Shown here: positions 51,488-64,000 of the stretch, piece after piece
Layout of the letters: the number at the start of each line of letters is the position of its first letter
How positions within the stretch are numbered: the stretch's first letter is position 1
Assembly (NCBI GenBank): GCA_964016885.1
Contig: OZ024740.1
Span: 415,090,001-415,154,000 of the forward strand
Source of the DNA: Eledone cirrhosa
Lineage: Eukaryota
Length of the DNA: 64,000 nucleotides
Reading direction: 5' to 3'
Notes under the pieces: model-generated
What the model was told of the DNA's origin: nothing
Database searches by the model: none
Seen by the model: the letters and a program-made list of their open reading frames with translations, nothing else
Position numbers and translations under genes: made by a program

Positions 51488-52944
51488 TTAACCCTATGCC
51501 TAAAAAGAATTTAAAACTTTCAATATTTAGTTTATTTGTACTTACTCAAGCTTCAGAAAACATCGGGCCAGTAATGGTGGAAGGTTTTCACGTCAAGTCG
51601 ATATAGTCAGGTAGTAATTCCTAGAGTTTATTTCAGCGACATGATCGGAGAAGGAAAACGTGTGGAAAACTGACAAGAGAAAGACAAAACTTCATGTGAC
51701 AAGGCTAGACTGACTAGCCTGCATTGCTGTTAATACATCAATTACAGCAGCTGGTTGGCAATAAAATAACATCGGTAAGAGCCCCAGTATATTGTTCTGT
51801 CACGATTAGTGATAATTGTCATTTATCTGTTGCTGTAGTGACCAGTTAATTCAGTTTTCCACAATAACACCTGCAGCTTGTGTGGGGCATCACATCACTG
51901 TTAATGTCGTATACTGGTTACCTAAAGATAATAAACTCTCTGTCGCTGTCACAGTTTTCGTGCATTTGCATACTCTTGAGAGAAGAAGCAACAACAACAA
52001 CAACAACAAAATGCAATAAAATTCACATAATTAACTACATTGGATGGATGGATGTATACATGAATATGATGAATATACATATATACACACATTCAAGGAC
52101 ACACACACACACACATACACACAAACAGACAGACAGACACACACACACACATACAACATACATATTAAATATATTATTAAAAGAAAGCAGTAATTTGAGA
52201 AAAAGGAAAGAAAAGAGGTTAAGAAAAGAATATATATTTTCATATATGTATAAAACATTCGTCAGATTTAATCTCAGAGACCTTAAGAACTTGTATCCGC
52301 CGGCAATTCGTAGCTATGCTGCAGCAGTTCAAGCAAAAAGAAAGACCTAACTGGAATGCCTTTAGAAAGTCACCCTCCTCTATATAAAAAGAAAATAGAC
52401 AGCCTTACCCCAGTAAAGGCGCATGGCTTAGTGGTTAAAGTATTAAGCTTGCAATCGAAAGGTTGTGAGTTCAATTCTCGGACCGGGTGATGTGTTGTTT
52501 CCTTGAGCAAGACACTTTAACTCACATTGTTCCAATTTATTCAGTTGTAGAAATGGGATGATAGGACTGGGGTCCCTATCATTAAATTACCCAAGACACC
52601 TCCAACGAGATATACCTTGGAGGAGGCCAGCTAAACCTGCATAGGTGTGAGCTGTAACACACACACACAGCACCACAACTCATTTAAAACTACTACCTGA
52701 ACTGTGAAGTATACCTCCGTACTTCACACAGCGCCCATGTCTCTCAAACTACAGTCGACTTTTCTGGTCCTTTGCCAAAAGATTTTCGACCAGCTTTGCA
52801 GAATCCTCTTTTTTCCCCTTCTTCTCAATCATGATGGTACAAACGATCTGTATGTAGTATTCCTGCGGAGAAAACTTCCACTTTCGCTGTTTGCCATATA
52901 TCCAACTCCAACTGCATAAACTGGGGGGGGGGGGGGGGGGGGGG

Positions 52945-53406
52945 AAGTGAAGTAGGACGAGAGTTGTGAGGGCCAGAAAGTATTCTCTTGTTGAGAGGTG
53001 GACAAACTGCAGCGGGGTTTTAAGGATCAAAGTGTACCCCTGTAATGAAGGAGAGATTGAAAAGTTTTGTAAGTATAGGGTGGATGTTGGTAGATTTGCA
53101 AGAAATAGTAAATTTCCTGCAAATCAACCAACATCCACCCTACCAAAGAAACTATTCTACATACATATATACTAGATGTGAAAAAACCACCGATCATTTC
53201 AAACCAACAAAGTCAGTAGCCATGACAATGCCATGTTCTCCACCCTGAAAACATGTTCTCCAGAACTACACCCTATACTTACAAAACTTTTCAATCTCTC
53301 CTTCATTACAGGGGTATACTTTGATCTTTAAAACCCCCGCTGTAGTGTGTCCACCTCTCAAGAAGAGAATACTTTCTGGCCCTCACAACTCTCGTCCTAC
53401 TTCACT
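52945..53406. mobile_element. CR1/L2/Jockey-type LINE RT fragment (+, ~53150-53406) with a ~138-bp inverted duplicate (52945-53082)
   Basis: KTCSPELHPILTKLFNLSFITGV..AVVCP..KK..NSRPTSLT resembles the RT N-terminal region (..NYRPISLT). Confidence 0.7.
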
Positions 53407-54030
53407 CACTTTACCCACAAAACTATCAACTTCCACCCCACCAAACGCCCTACTCTGCATACATAGACTTAACCTTACTGGTAGCGCTGGCCTTATGTAT
53501 GATGCTATAAGACCACCCCCGCCCTCTATTCCCCCACCACCACCACCGTCACCGAGAGTAACACCATTCCCTGCGTATCTCTCCTCCATTTCTATTAACG
53601 ATAAAAATTGATATTTAAACATAATATAGAATAATGAAATCCTGCGAACTTACGTGATATTGATCCTTGTTAATAATTGGGTCTAAATTGCTAGTGTAAG
53701 TTTCTGTTAATTAGCTTAATTTGGTTTATTACTTGAATGTAAATGGTTTCTAATTTAAAGAGAAAACCAGCAATTTTGGTGAGAGCTAAATCGATTACAT
53801 CGGCCACTTTGATTATTTTATCGACATCGAATGAAAGGTGAAGTTGACCTCGGCAGGATTTGAACCCAGAATGTGAAAATCATAATAAAGCTATAATGGT
53901 TGAAAAGAGTTTCGAGATTTTGAGAGACCTTTCTTACTGTCAGGTCTTAATCTTTAATTTAACTTATACTTCAATGAGACCCTATCTACACAGGTTGGAA
54001 AAGACTTCTCAATAAAATCCTACATTTTAG

Positions 54031-54210
54031 CAGACCTGTCAACTCTCCTCGTCAAACGGGGAGATGTCCCACCAATTTTGGGGTAGGTGAGAGATGTCTT
54101 CTCTTGTGAAAATGCTTGTAAAATCTCGCCATTTTGCATCATTTCTCACCGTTTTGGGGCACTTTTTCATGGTACTCCCCGTTTGGGATATTTAGAGATT
54201 GGTAGGTCTG
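54031..54210. mobile_element. possible MITE (hAT-like TIRs)
   Basis: cagacctgtcaactctc ... gagattggtaggtctg; no clean TSD. Confidence 0.4.
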
Positions 54211-54286
54211 TCTTAGCGATCGTTAAGGAGAACTGCAGCAGCTCCTTTCCTTAAGAAATGACCAGAGATTAACAAAAAGACAACGA

Positions 54287-57200
54287 TTGTAGTAAAGATA
54301 CTACCACATAGTCACAGCCACATGTCTTGTAGTAAAGATACTACCACATTATAGTCAGAGCCACATGTCTTGTAGTAAAGATACTACCAGATTATAGTCA
54401 GAGCCACATGTCTTGTAGTAAAGATACTACCACATTATAGTCACAGCCACATGTCTTGTAGTAAAGATACTACCACATAGTCACAGCCACATGTCTTGTA
54501 ATAAAGATAATACCACATAGTCACAGCCACATGTCTTGTAGTAAAGATACTACCACATTATAGTCACAGCCACATGTCTTGTAGTAAAGATACTACCTCA
54601 TTATAGTCACAGCCACATGTCTTGTAGTAAAGATATTACCACAAAGTCACAGCCACATGTCTGGTAGTAAGGATACTACTACATTATAGTCATTCCACAT
54701 GTCTTGTAGTAAAGATACTACCACATAGTCACAGTCACATCTCTTGTAGTAAAGATACTACCACAGAGTCACAGCCACATGTCTTGTAGTAAAGATACTA
54801 CTACATTATAGTCACAGCCACATGCCTTGTAGTAAAGATACTACCACATAGTCACAGCCACATGTCTTGTAGAAAGGATACTACCACATTATAGTCACAG
54901 CCACATAACTTGTAGTAATGATATTACCACATAGTCACAGCCAAATCTCTTGTAGTAAAGATATTACCACATAGTCACAGCCACATGTGTTGTAGTAAAG
55001 ATACTACCACATAGTCACAGCCACATGTAATGTAATAAAGATACTACCACATAGTCACAGCCACAACTGTTGTAATAAAGATACTACCACATAGTCACAG
55101 CCAGATGTCATGTAGTAAAGATACTACCACATAGTCACAGCCACATGTCTTGTAGTAAAGATACTACCACATTGTCACAGTCACATGTCATGTAGGAAAG
55201 ATACTACCACAAAGTCACAGTCATGTAGTAAAGATACTACCACATAATCACAGCTAAATATCTTGTAGTAAAGATACTACCACATAGTCACAGCCACATG
55301 TCATGTAGTAAAGATACTACCACATAGTCACAGCCACATGTGTTGTAGTAAAAATACTACCACATAGTCACAGCCACATGTGTTGTAGTAAAGATACTAC
55401 CACAGTATAATCACAGCCACATGTCTTGTAGAAAAGATACTACCACATTATTGTCACAGCCACATGTCTTGTAGTAATGATACTACCACATTATAGTCAC
55501 AGCCACATGCCTTGTAGTAAAGATACTACCACAGTATAGTCACAGTCACATGTCTTGTAGTATGATACTACCACATAGTCACAGCACATGTAATGTAGTA
55601 AAGATACTACCACATAGTCAGAGCCACATGTCTTGTAGTAAAGATACTACCATATAGCCACAGCCAGATGCCTTGTAGTAAAGATACTACCACATAGTCA
55701 GAGCCACATGTCTTGTAGTAAAGGTACTACCACATTATAGTCACAGCCACATGTCTTGTAGTAAAGATACACCCACATTATAGTCACAGCCACGTCATAT
55801 AGTAAAGAAACTACCACATTATAGTCACAGCCACATGTCTGGTAGTAAAGATACTACCTCATATTCACAGCCACATGTCTTGTAGTAAAGATACTGTCAC
55901 ATTATTGTCACAGCCACATGTCTTGTAGTAAAGAGACTACCACATTATAGTCACAGCCACATGTCTTGTAGTAAAGATGCTACCACAGAGTCACAGCCAC
56001 ATTCCTGGTAGTAAAGATACTACCACATTATAGTCACAGCCACATGCCTTGTAATAAAGATACTACCACATATTCACAGCCACATCTCTTATAGTAAAGA
56101 TAATACCACATAGCCACAGCCACATGTCTTGTAGTAAAGATACTACCATATTATAGTCACAGCCACATGTCTTGTAGTAAAGATGCTACCACATAGTCAA
56201 AGGCACATGTCATGTAGTAAAGATACTACCACATAGTAACATCACATGTGTTGTAGTAAAGATACTACCACATTATAGTCACAGACACATGTCTTGTAGT
56301 AAAGATACTACCACAATATTGTCACAGCCACATGTCTTGTAGTAAAGATACTAACACAATATGTTCACAGCTACATGTCTTGTAGTGAAGATAATAGCAC
56401 AGAGTCACAGACACATGTCTTGTAGTAAAGATACTACCAAATTATAGTCACAGCCACATGTCTTGTGGTAAAATACTACCACATTATAGTCACATCGACA
56501 TGTATTTTAGTAAAGATACTCCCACATTATAGTCACAGACACATGTCTTGTAGTAAAGTTGCGACCACATTATAGTCACAGCCACATGTCTTGTAGTAAA
56601 GATATTACCACATAGTCACAGCCACATGCCTTGTATTAAAGATACTACACAATAGTCACAGTCACATGTCAGGTAGTAAACATCCTACCACATAGTCACA
56701 GCCACATGCCTTGTAGTAAAGATGCTACCACACAGTCACAGCCACATGTGTTGTAGTAATGATACTACCACATAGTCGCAGCAACATGTCTTGTAGTAAA
56801 GATACTACCACATATTCACAGCCATCTGCCATGTAGTAAAAATACTACCACATATTCACAGCCACATGTCTTGTAGTAAAGATACTACCACATTATAGTC
56901 ACAGCCCTATGCCTTATAGTAAAGAGACTACCACATTATAGTCTCAGCCACATGTCTTGTAGTAAAGATACTACCACATTATAGTCACAACCACATGTCT
57001 TGTAGTAAAGATGCTACCACATAGTCACAGCCACATGTCATATAGTAAACATATTAGCACATAATAGTCACAGTCACATGTGTTGTAGTAAAGATAGTAC
57101 CACATAGTCACAGTCACATGTCTTGTAATAAAGATACTACCACATAGTCACAGCCACATATCATGTAGTAAAGATATTACCACATAGTCACAGCCACATG

Positions 57201-60200
57201 CCTTGTAATAAAGATACTACCACATAGTCACAGCCACATCTCTTATAGTAAAGATAATACCACATAGTCACAGCCACATGTCTTGTAGTAAAGATACTAC
57301 CATATTATAGTCACAGCCACATGTCTTGTAGTAAAGATACTACCACATTATAGGGACAGCCAAATCTCTTGTAGTAAATATACTACCACATTATAATCAC
57401 AGACACATGTCCTGTATTAAACATACTACCACATTATAGTCACAGCCACATGTCTTGTAGTAAAGGTACTACCACATTATATTCAGAGCTAAATGGCTTG
57501 TAGTAAAGATACTACCACATAGTCACAGTCACATGTCATGTAGTACAGATACTACCACATAGTCACAGCCACATGTCTTGTAGTAAAGATACTACTACAT
57601 TATAGTCACAGCCAAATGCCTTGTAGTAAAGATACTACCACATAATCACAGCCACATGTCTTGTAGTAAAGATACTACCACATTATAGTCACAGCCACAT
57701 AACTTGTAAAGATATTACCACATAGTCACAGCCAATTCTCTTGTAGTAAAGATAATACCACATAGTCACAGCCACATGTGTTGTAGTAAAGATACTACCA
57801 CATAGTCACAGCCACATGTAATGTAATAAAGATACTACCACATAGTCACAGCCACAACTGTTGTAATAAAGATACTACCACATAGTCACAGCCACATGTC
57901 ATGTAGTAAAGATACTACCACATAGTTACAGCCACATCTGTTGTAGTAAAAATACTACCACATAGTCACAGCCACATGTGTTGTAGTAAAGATACTACCA
58001 CAGTATAATCACAGCCACATGTCTTGTAGTAAAGATACTACGACATTATTGTCACAGCCACGTGTCTTGTAGTAATGATACTACCACATTATAGTCACAG
58101 CCACATACCTTGTAGTAAAGATACTACGACAGTATAGTCACAGTCACATGTCTTGTAGTATGATACTACCACATAGTCACAGCACATGTAATGTAGTAAA
58201 GATACTACCACACAGTCACAGCCACATGTAATGTAGTAAAGATACTACCACATAGTCACAGCCACATGTGTTGTAGTAAAGATACTACCACATAGTCACA
58301 GCCAGATGCCTTGAAGTAAAGATACTACCACATAGTCAGAGCCACATGTCTTGTAGTAAAGGTACTACCACATTATAGTCACAGCCACATGTCTTGTAGT
58401 AAAGATACACCCACATTATAGTCACAGCCACGTCATATAGTAAAGATACTACCACATTATAGTCACAACCACATGTCTTGTAGTAAAGATGCTACCACAT
58501 AGTCACAGCCACATGTCATATAGTAAACATATTAGCACATAATAGTCACAGTCACATGTCTTGTAGTAAAGATAGTACCACATAGTCACAGTCACATGTC
58601 TTGTAATAAAGATACTACCACATAGTCACAGCCACATATCATGTAGTAAAGATACTACAACATAGTCACAGCCACATGCCTTGTAATAAAGATACTACCA
58701 CATAGTCACAGCCACATCTCTTATAGTAAAGATAATACCACATAGTCACAGCCACATGTATTGTAGTAAAGATACTACCATATTATAGTCACAGCCACAT
58801 GTCTTGTAGTAAAGATACTACCACATTATAGGGACAGCCAAATCTCTTGTAGTAAATATACTACCACATTATAATCACAGACACATGTCCTGTATTAAAC
58901 ATACTACCACATTATAGTCACAGCCACATGTCTTGTAGTAAAGATACTACCACATTATATTCACAGCTAAATGCCTTGTAGTAAAGATACTACCACATAG
59001 TCACAGTCACATGTCTTGTAGTACAGATACTACCATATAGTCACAGCCACATGTCATGTAGTAAACATACTACCACATAGTCACAGCCACATGCATTGTA
59101 TTAAAGATACTACACCATAGTCACAGTCACATGTCATGTAGTAAATATCCTACCACATAGTCACAGCCACATGCCTTGTAGTAATGATACTACCACATAG
59201 TCACAGCCAAATGTCATGTAGTAAAGATACTACAACAGTCACAGCCACATTCATTGTAGTAAAGATACTAGCACATAGTCGCAGCAACATATCTTGTAGT
59301 AAAGATACTAAGACATAGTCACAGCCACATGCCTTGTAGTAAAGATACTACCACATATTCACAGCCACATGTCTTGTAGTAAAGATACTGCCACATTATA
59401 TTCACAACCACATGTCTTGTAGTAAAGATGCTACCACATTATAGTCACAGCCATAAGCCTTGTAGTAAAGAGACTACCACATTATACTCACAGCCACATG
59501 TCTTGTAGTAAAGATGCTACCACATATTCACAGCCTCATGTCATGTAGTAAAGATACTACCACATAGTCACAGCCACATCTCTTATAGTAAAGATAATAC
59601 CACATAGTCACGGCCACATGTCTTGTAGTATAGATACTACTATATTATAGTCACAGCCACATGTCTTGTAGTAAAGATACTACCACATTATAGTCACAGC
59701 CACATGTCTGGTAGTAAAGATAATACCACATAGTCACAGCCACATGTCTTGTAGTAAAGATACTACCACATTATAGTTACAGCATCATGTCTTGTAGTAA
59801 AAATACTACCACATAGAGAGCGCCACATGACTTGTAGTAAAGATGCTACCACATAGTCACTGCCACATGTCTTGTAGTAAACATACTACTACATTATAGT
59901 CACAGCCACATGACTTGTAGTAAAGATACTACCACATGATAGTCACAGCCACATAGCTTGTAGTAAAGATAGTACCACATAGTCACAGCCAAATCTCTTG
60001 TAGTAAAGATACTACCACATAGTCACAGCCACATGTGTTGTAGTAAAGATACTACCACATAGTCATAGCCACATGTGTTGTAGTAAAGATACTACCAAAT
60101 TATAATCACAACCACATGTCTTGTAGTAAAGATACTACCACATTATAGTCACAGCCACATGTCTTGTAGTAAACATACTACCACATTATAGTCACAGCCA

Positions 60201-63200
60201 CATGTCTTGTAGTAAATACACTACAACATTATAGTCACAGCGACATGATTGTAGTAAAGATACTACCACATGATAGTCACAGCCACATAGCTTGTAGTAA
60301 AGATACTACCACATAATCACAGGTAAATGTCTTGTAGTAAAGATACTACCACATAGTCACAGCCACATGTCATTTAGTAAAGATACTACCACAGAGTCAC
60401 AGCCACATGTGTTGTAGTAAAGATACTACCACATAATCACAGCCAAATGTCTTGTAGTAAAGATACTACCACATAGTCACAGCCAAATGTCTTGTAGTAA
60501 AGATACTACCAAATTATAATCACAGCCACATGTCTTGTAGTAAAGATACTACCACATTATAGTCACAGCCACATGCCTTGTAGTAAAGATACTGCAACAT
60601 TATAGTCACAGCCACATGTCTTGTAGTAAAGATACTACCAAATAGTCACAGCCACATGTCTTTTAGTAAATATACTACCATATTATAGTCACACCCACAT
60701 GTCTTGTACTAAAGATGCTACCACATAGCCACAGCCACATGTCTTGTAGTGAAGATACTACCACATTATAGTGACAGCTACATATCTTGTAGTGAAGATA
60801 CTACCACATTATAGTCACAGCCACATGCCTTGTAGTAAAGATACTACCACATTATAGTCACAGTCACATGTCTTGTAGTAAAGATACTACCACATAGTCA
60901 CACCCAACTATCTTGTAGTAAAGATACTACCACATAGTCACAGCCACATGTCATGTACTAAAGATACTACCACATAGTCACAGCCACATGTCTTGTAGAA
61001 AAGATACTACCACTGAGTCACAGCCACATTCCTGGTAGTAAAGATACTACCACATTATAGTCACAGCCACATTTCTTGTAGTAAAGATACTACCACATAA
61101 TCACAGCTAAATATCTTGTAGTAAAGATACTACCACATAGTCACAGCCACATGTCATGTATAAAGATACTACCACATAGTCACAGCCACATGTGTTGTAG
61201 TAAAAATACTACCACATAGTCACAGCCACATGTGTTGTAGTAAAGATACTACCACAGTATAATCACAGCAACATGTCTTGTAGTAAAGATACTACCACAT
61301 TATTGTCACAGCCACATGTCTTGTAGTAATGATACTACCACATTATAGTCACAGTCACATGTCTTGTAGTAAAGATACTACCACATAGTCACAGCCAGAT
61401 GCCTTGTAGTAAAGATACTACCACATAGTCACAGCCACATGTCTTGTAGTAAAGATGCTACCACATAGTCACAGCCTCATGTCATGTAGTAAAGATACTA
61501 CCACTGAGTCACAGCCACATTCCTGGTAGTAAAGATACTACCACATTATAGTCACAGCCACATGCCTTGTAGTAAAGATACTACCACATTATAGTCACAG
61601 CCACATTTCTTGTAGTAAAGATGCTACCACATAGTCACAGCCACATGTCATGTAGTAAAGATACTACCACATAGTAACATCACATGTCTTGTAGTAAAGA
61701 TACTACGACATAATCAAAACCACATGTCTCATAGTAAAGATACTACCACATTTCAGTCAAGTAACCACATGTCTCATAGTAAAGATACTACCACATAGTA
61801 ACATCACATGTGTTGTAGTAAAGATACTACCACATAATCACAACCACATATCTGATAGTAAAGATACTACCACATTTCAGTCACAGCCACTTGTCTTGTA
61901 GTAAAGATACTACTCCATAGTCACAGTCACATCTCATATAGTAAAGATAATACTACATAGTCACAGCCACATGTCTTGTAGTAAAGATACTATCACATTA
62001 TAGTCACAGCCACATGTCTTGTAGTAAAGATACTACCACATATTCACAGTCACATCTCTTATAGTAAAGATAATACTACATAGTCACAGCCACATGTATT
62101 GTAGTTAAGATACTACCATATTATAGTCACAGCCACATGTCTTGTAGTAAAGATACTACCACATTATAGTCACAGCCACATGTCTTGTAGTAAAGATACT
62201 GCCACATTATAGTCACAGACACATGTCTTGTAGTAAAGATACTATCACATTATAGTCACAGCCATATGCCTTGTAGTAAAAAGACTACCACATATTCACA
62301 GCCACATGTCATATATTGAAGATACTACCACATGATAGTCACAGCCACATTTCTTGTAGTAAAGATGCTACCACAAAGTCACAGCCACATGTCATGTAGT
62401 AAAGATACTACCACATAGTAACATCACATGTGTTGTAGTAAAGATACTACCACATTATAGTCACAGACACATGTCCTGTATTAAAGATACTACCACATTA
62501 TAGTCACAGTCACATGTCTTGTAGTAAAGATACTACCACAATATATTCACAGCTACATGCCTTCTAGTAAAGATACTACCACATAGTCACAGTCACATGT
62601 CTTGTAGTAAAGATACTACCACATAATCACAACCACATGTCTCGTAGTAAAGATACTACCACACTTCAGTCACAGCCACATGTCTTGTAGTAAAGATAAT
62701 AACACATAGTCACAGCCACATCTCTTATAGTAAAGATAATACCACATAGTCACAGCCACATGTCTTGTAGTAAAGTTACTACCAAATTATAGTCACAGCC
62801 ACATGTCTTTTAGTAAAGATACTCCCACATTATAGTCACAGCCACATACCTTGTAGTAAAGATACTACCACATTATAGTCACAGCCACATGTCTTGTAGT
62901 AAAGTTGCGACCACATAGTCACAGACACATGTCATATACTAAAGATACTACCACATTATAGTCACCGTCACATCTCTTGTAGTAAAGATGCTACCACATA
63001 GTCACAGCCACATGTCATAGTTTAATGATACTACCACACTATAGTCACAGCGACATGTTTTGTGGTAAAGATACTACCATATTATACTCAAAGCCACATG
63101 CCTTGTAGTAAGTTACTACCACATTTTAGTCACATCACATGTCTTGTAGTAAAGATGGTACCACATAGTCACAGCCACATGTCATATAGTAAAGATACTA

Positions 63201-64000
63201 CCACATTATAATCACAGCCACATGTCTTGTAGTAAAGATACAACCACTTAGTCACAGCCACATGTATTGTAGTAAAGATACTACCACGTTATAGTCACAG
63301 CCACATGTCTTTTAATAAAGATATAACCACATAGTCACAGCCATGTGTCTTGTAGTAAATTTACTACCTCATAGTCACAGCCACATGTCATGTAGTAAAG
63401 ATACTACCACATTATAGTCACAGCCACATGTCATATAGTAAAGATAATACCACATAGTCACAGCCACATGTCTTGTAGTAAAGATACTACCAAATTATAG
63501 TCACAGCCACATGTCTTTTAGTCAAGATACTCCCACATTATAGTCACAGCCACATACCTTGTATTAAAGATACTACCACATGATAGTCACAGCCACATGT
63601 CTTGTAGTAAAGTTGCGACCACATAGTCACAGCCACATGTCATATACTAAAGATACTACCACATTATAGTAACAGCCACATGTCATATAGTAAAGATACT
63701 ACCACATGATAGTCACAGCCACATGTCATGTAGTAAAGATACTACCACATTATAGTGACAGCCACATGTCATATATTGAAGATACTACCACATGATAGTC
63801 ACAGCCACATTTCTTGTAGTAAAGATGCTACCACATAGTCACAGCCAATTGTCATGTAGTAAAGATACTACCACTTAGTAACATCACATGTGTTGTAGTA
63901 AAGATACTACCACATAATCACAACCACATGTCTCATAGTAAAGATACTAGCACATTTCAGTCAAGTAACCACATGTCTCATAGTAAAGATACTACCACAT
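54287..64000. repeat. satellite of interspersed 40- and 43-bp monomers, >9.7 kb, runs off the right edge
   Basis: Consensus GTAGTAAAGATACTACCACA(TTA)TAGTCACAGCCACATGTCTT; roughly 235 units estimated from length. Confidence 0.98.

Noticed and set aside
52749-52920. Minus-strand exon after the poly-C acceptor (VYAVGVG... or LCSWSW...)
   Set aside because: All three frames stop within ~60 codons, no recognisable domain, and the acceptor depends on a homopolymer; left unannotated.
54287-64000. Coding tandem repeat such as a C2H2 zinc-finger array
   Set aside because: Unit lengths 40 and 43 are not multiples of 3, units contain TAG/TAA, and the ORF track has nothing here.

Overview
Repeat-saturated eukaryotic (animal) genomic DNA, not prokaryotic. 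The two abundant tRNA-derived SINE families resemble octopus OK/OR SINEs as I recall them, so an octopod cephalopod origin is inferred, not proven. No complete host gene is present. A strong minus-strand candidate coding exon runs off the left edge (186->1) and weaker candidates lie at 41298-41407 and 50314-50365, so most of the window may be intron. Recognisable elements: a near full-length but inactivated L1/Tx1 LINE (~32880-38620), RTE LINE pieces with (CATA)n tails, five CRE-like endonuclease 3' fragments, Penelope-like (PLE) RT and GIY-YIG fragments, four Helitrons, a Chapaev3-like DNA transposon with both ends and a TAA TSD, MITEs, a 34-bp palindromic minisatellite and a >9.7-kb 40/43-bp satellite. 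The main signal invisible in the ORF track is a dense set of type I hammerhead ribozyme motifs (stem I-CUGANGA-stem II-GAAA-palindromic stem III-UH-stem I). About 12 copies have an intact core, from about 8 unrelated families, plus many decayed ones. Almost all sit in inserts bounded by (TA)n tracts, often as fold-back or partial-tandem structures. Two of these are non-coding partial tandems with ~719-nt and ~1253-nt periods and look like non-autonomous retrozyme-like elements. All folds and alignments were done by eye; none has been computed or searched.
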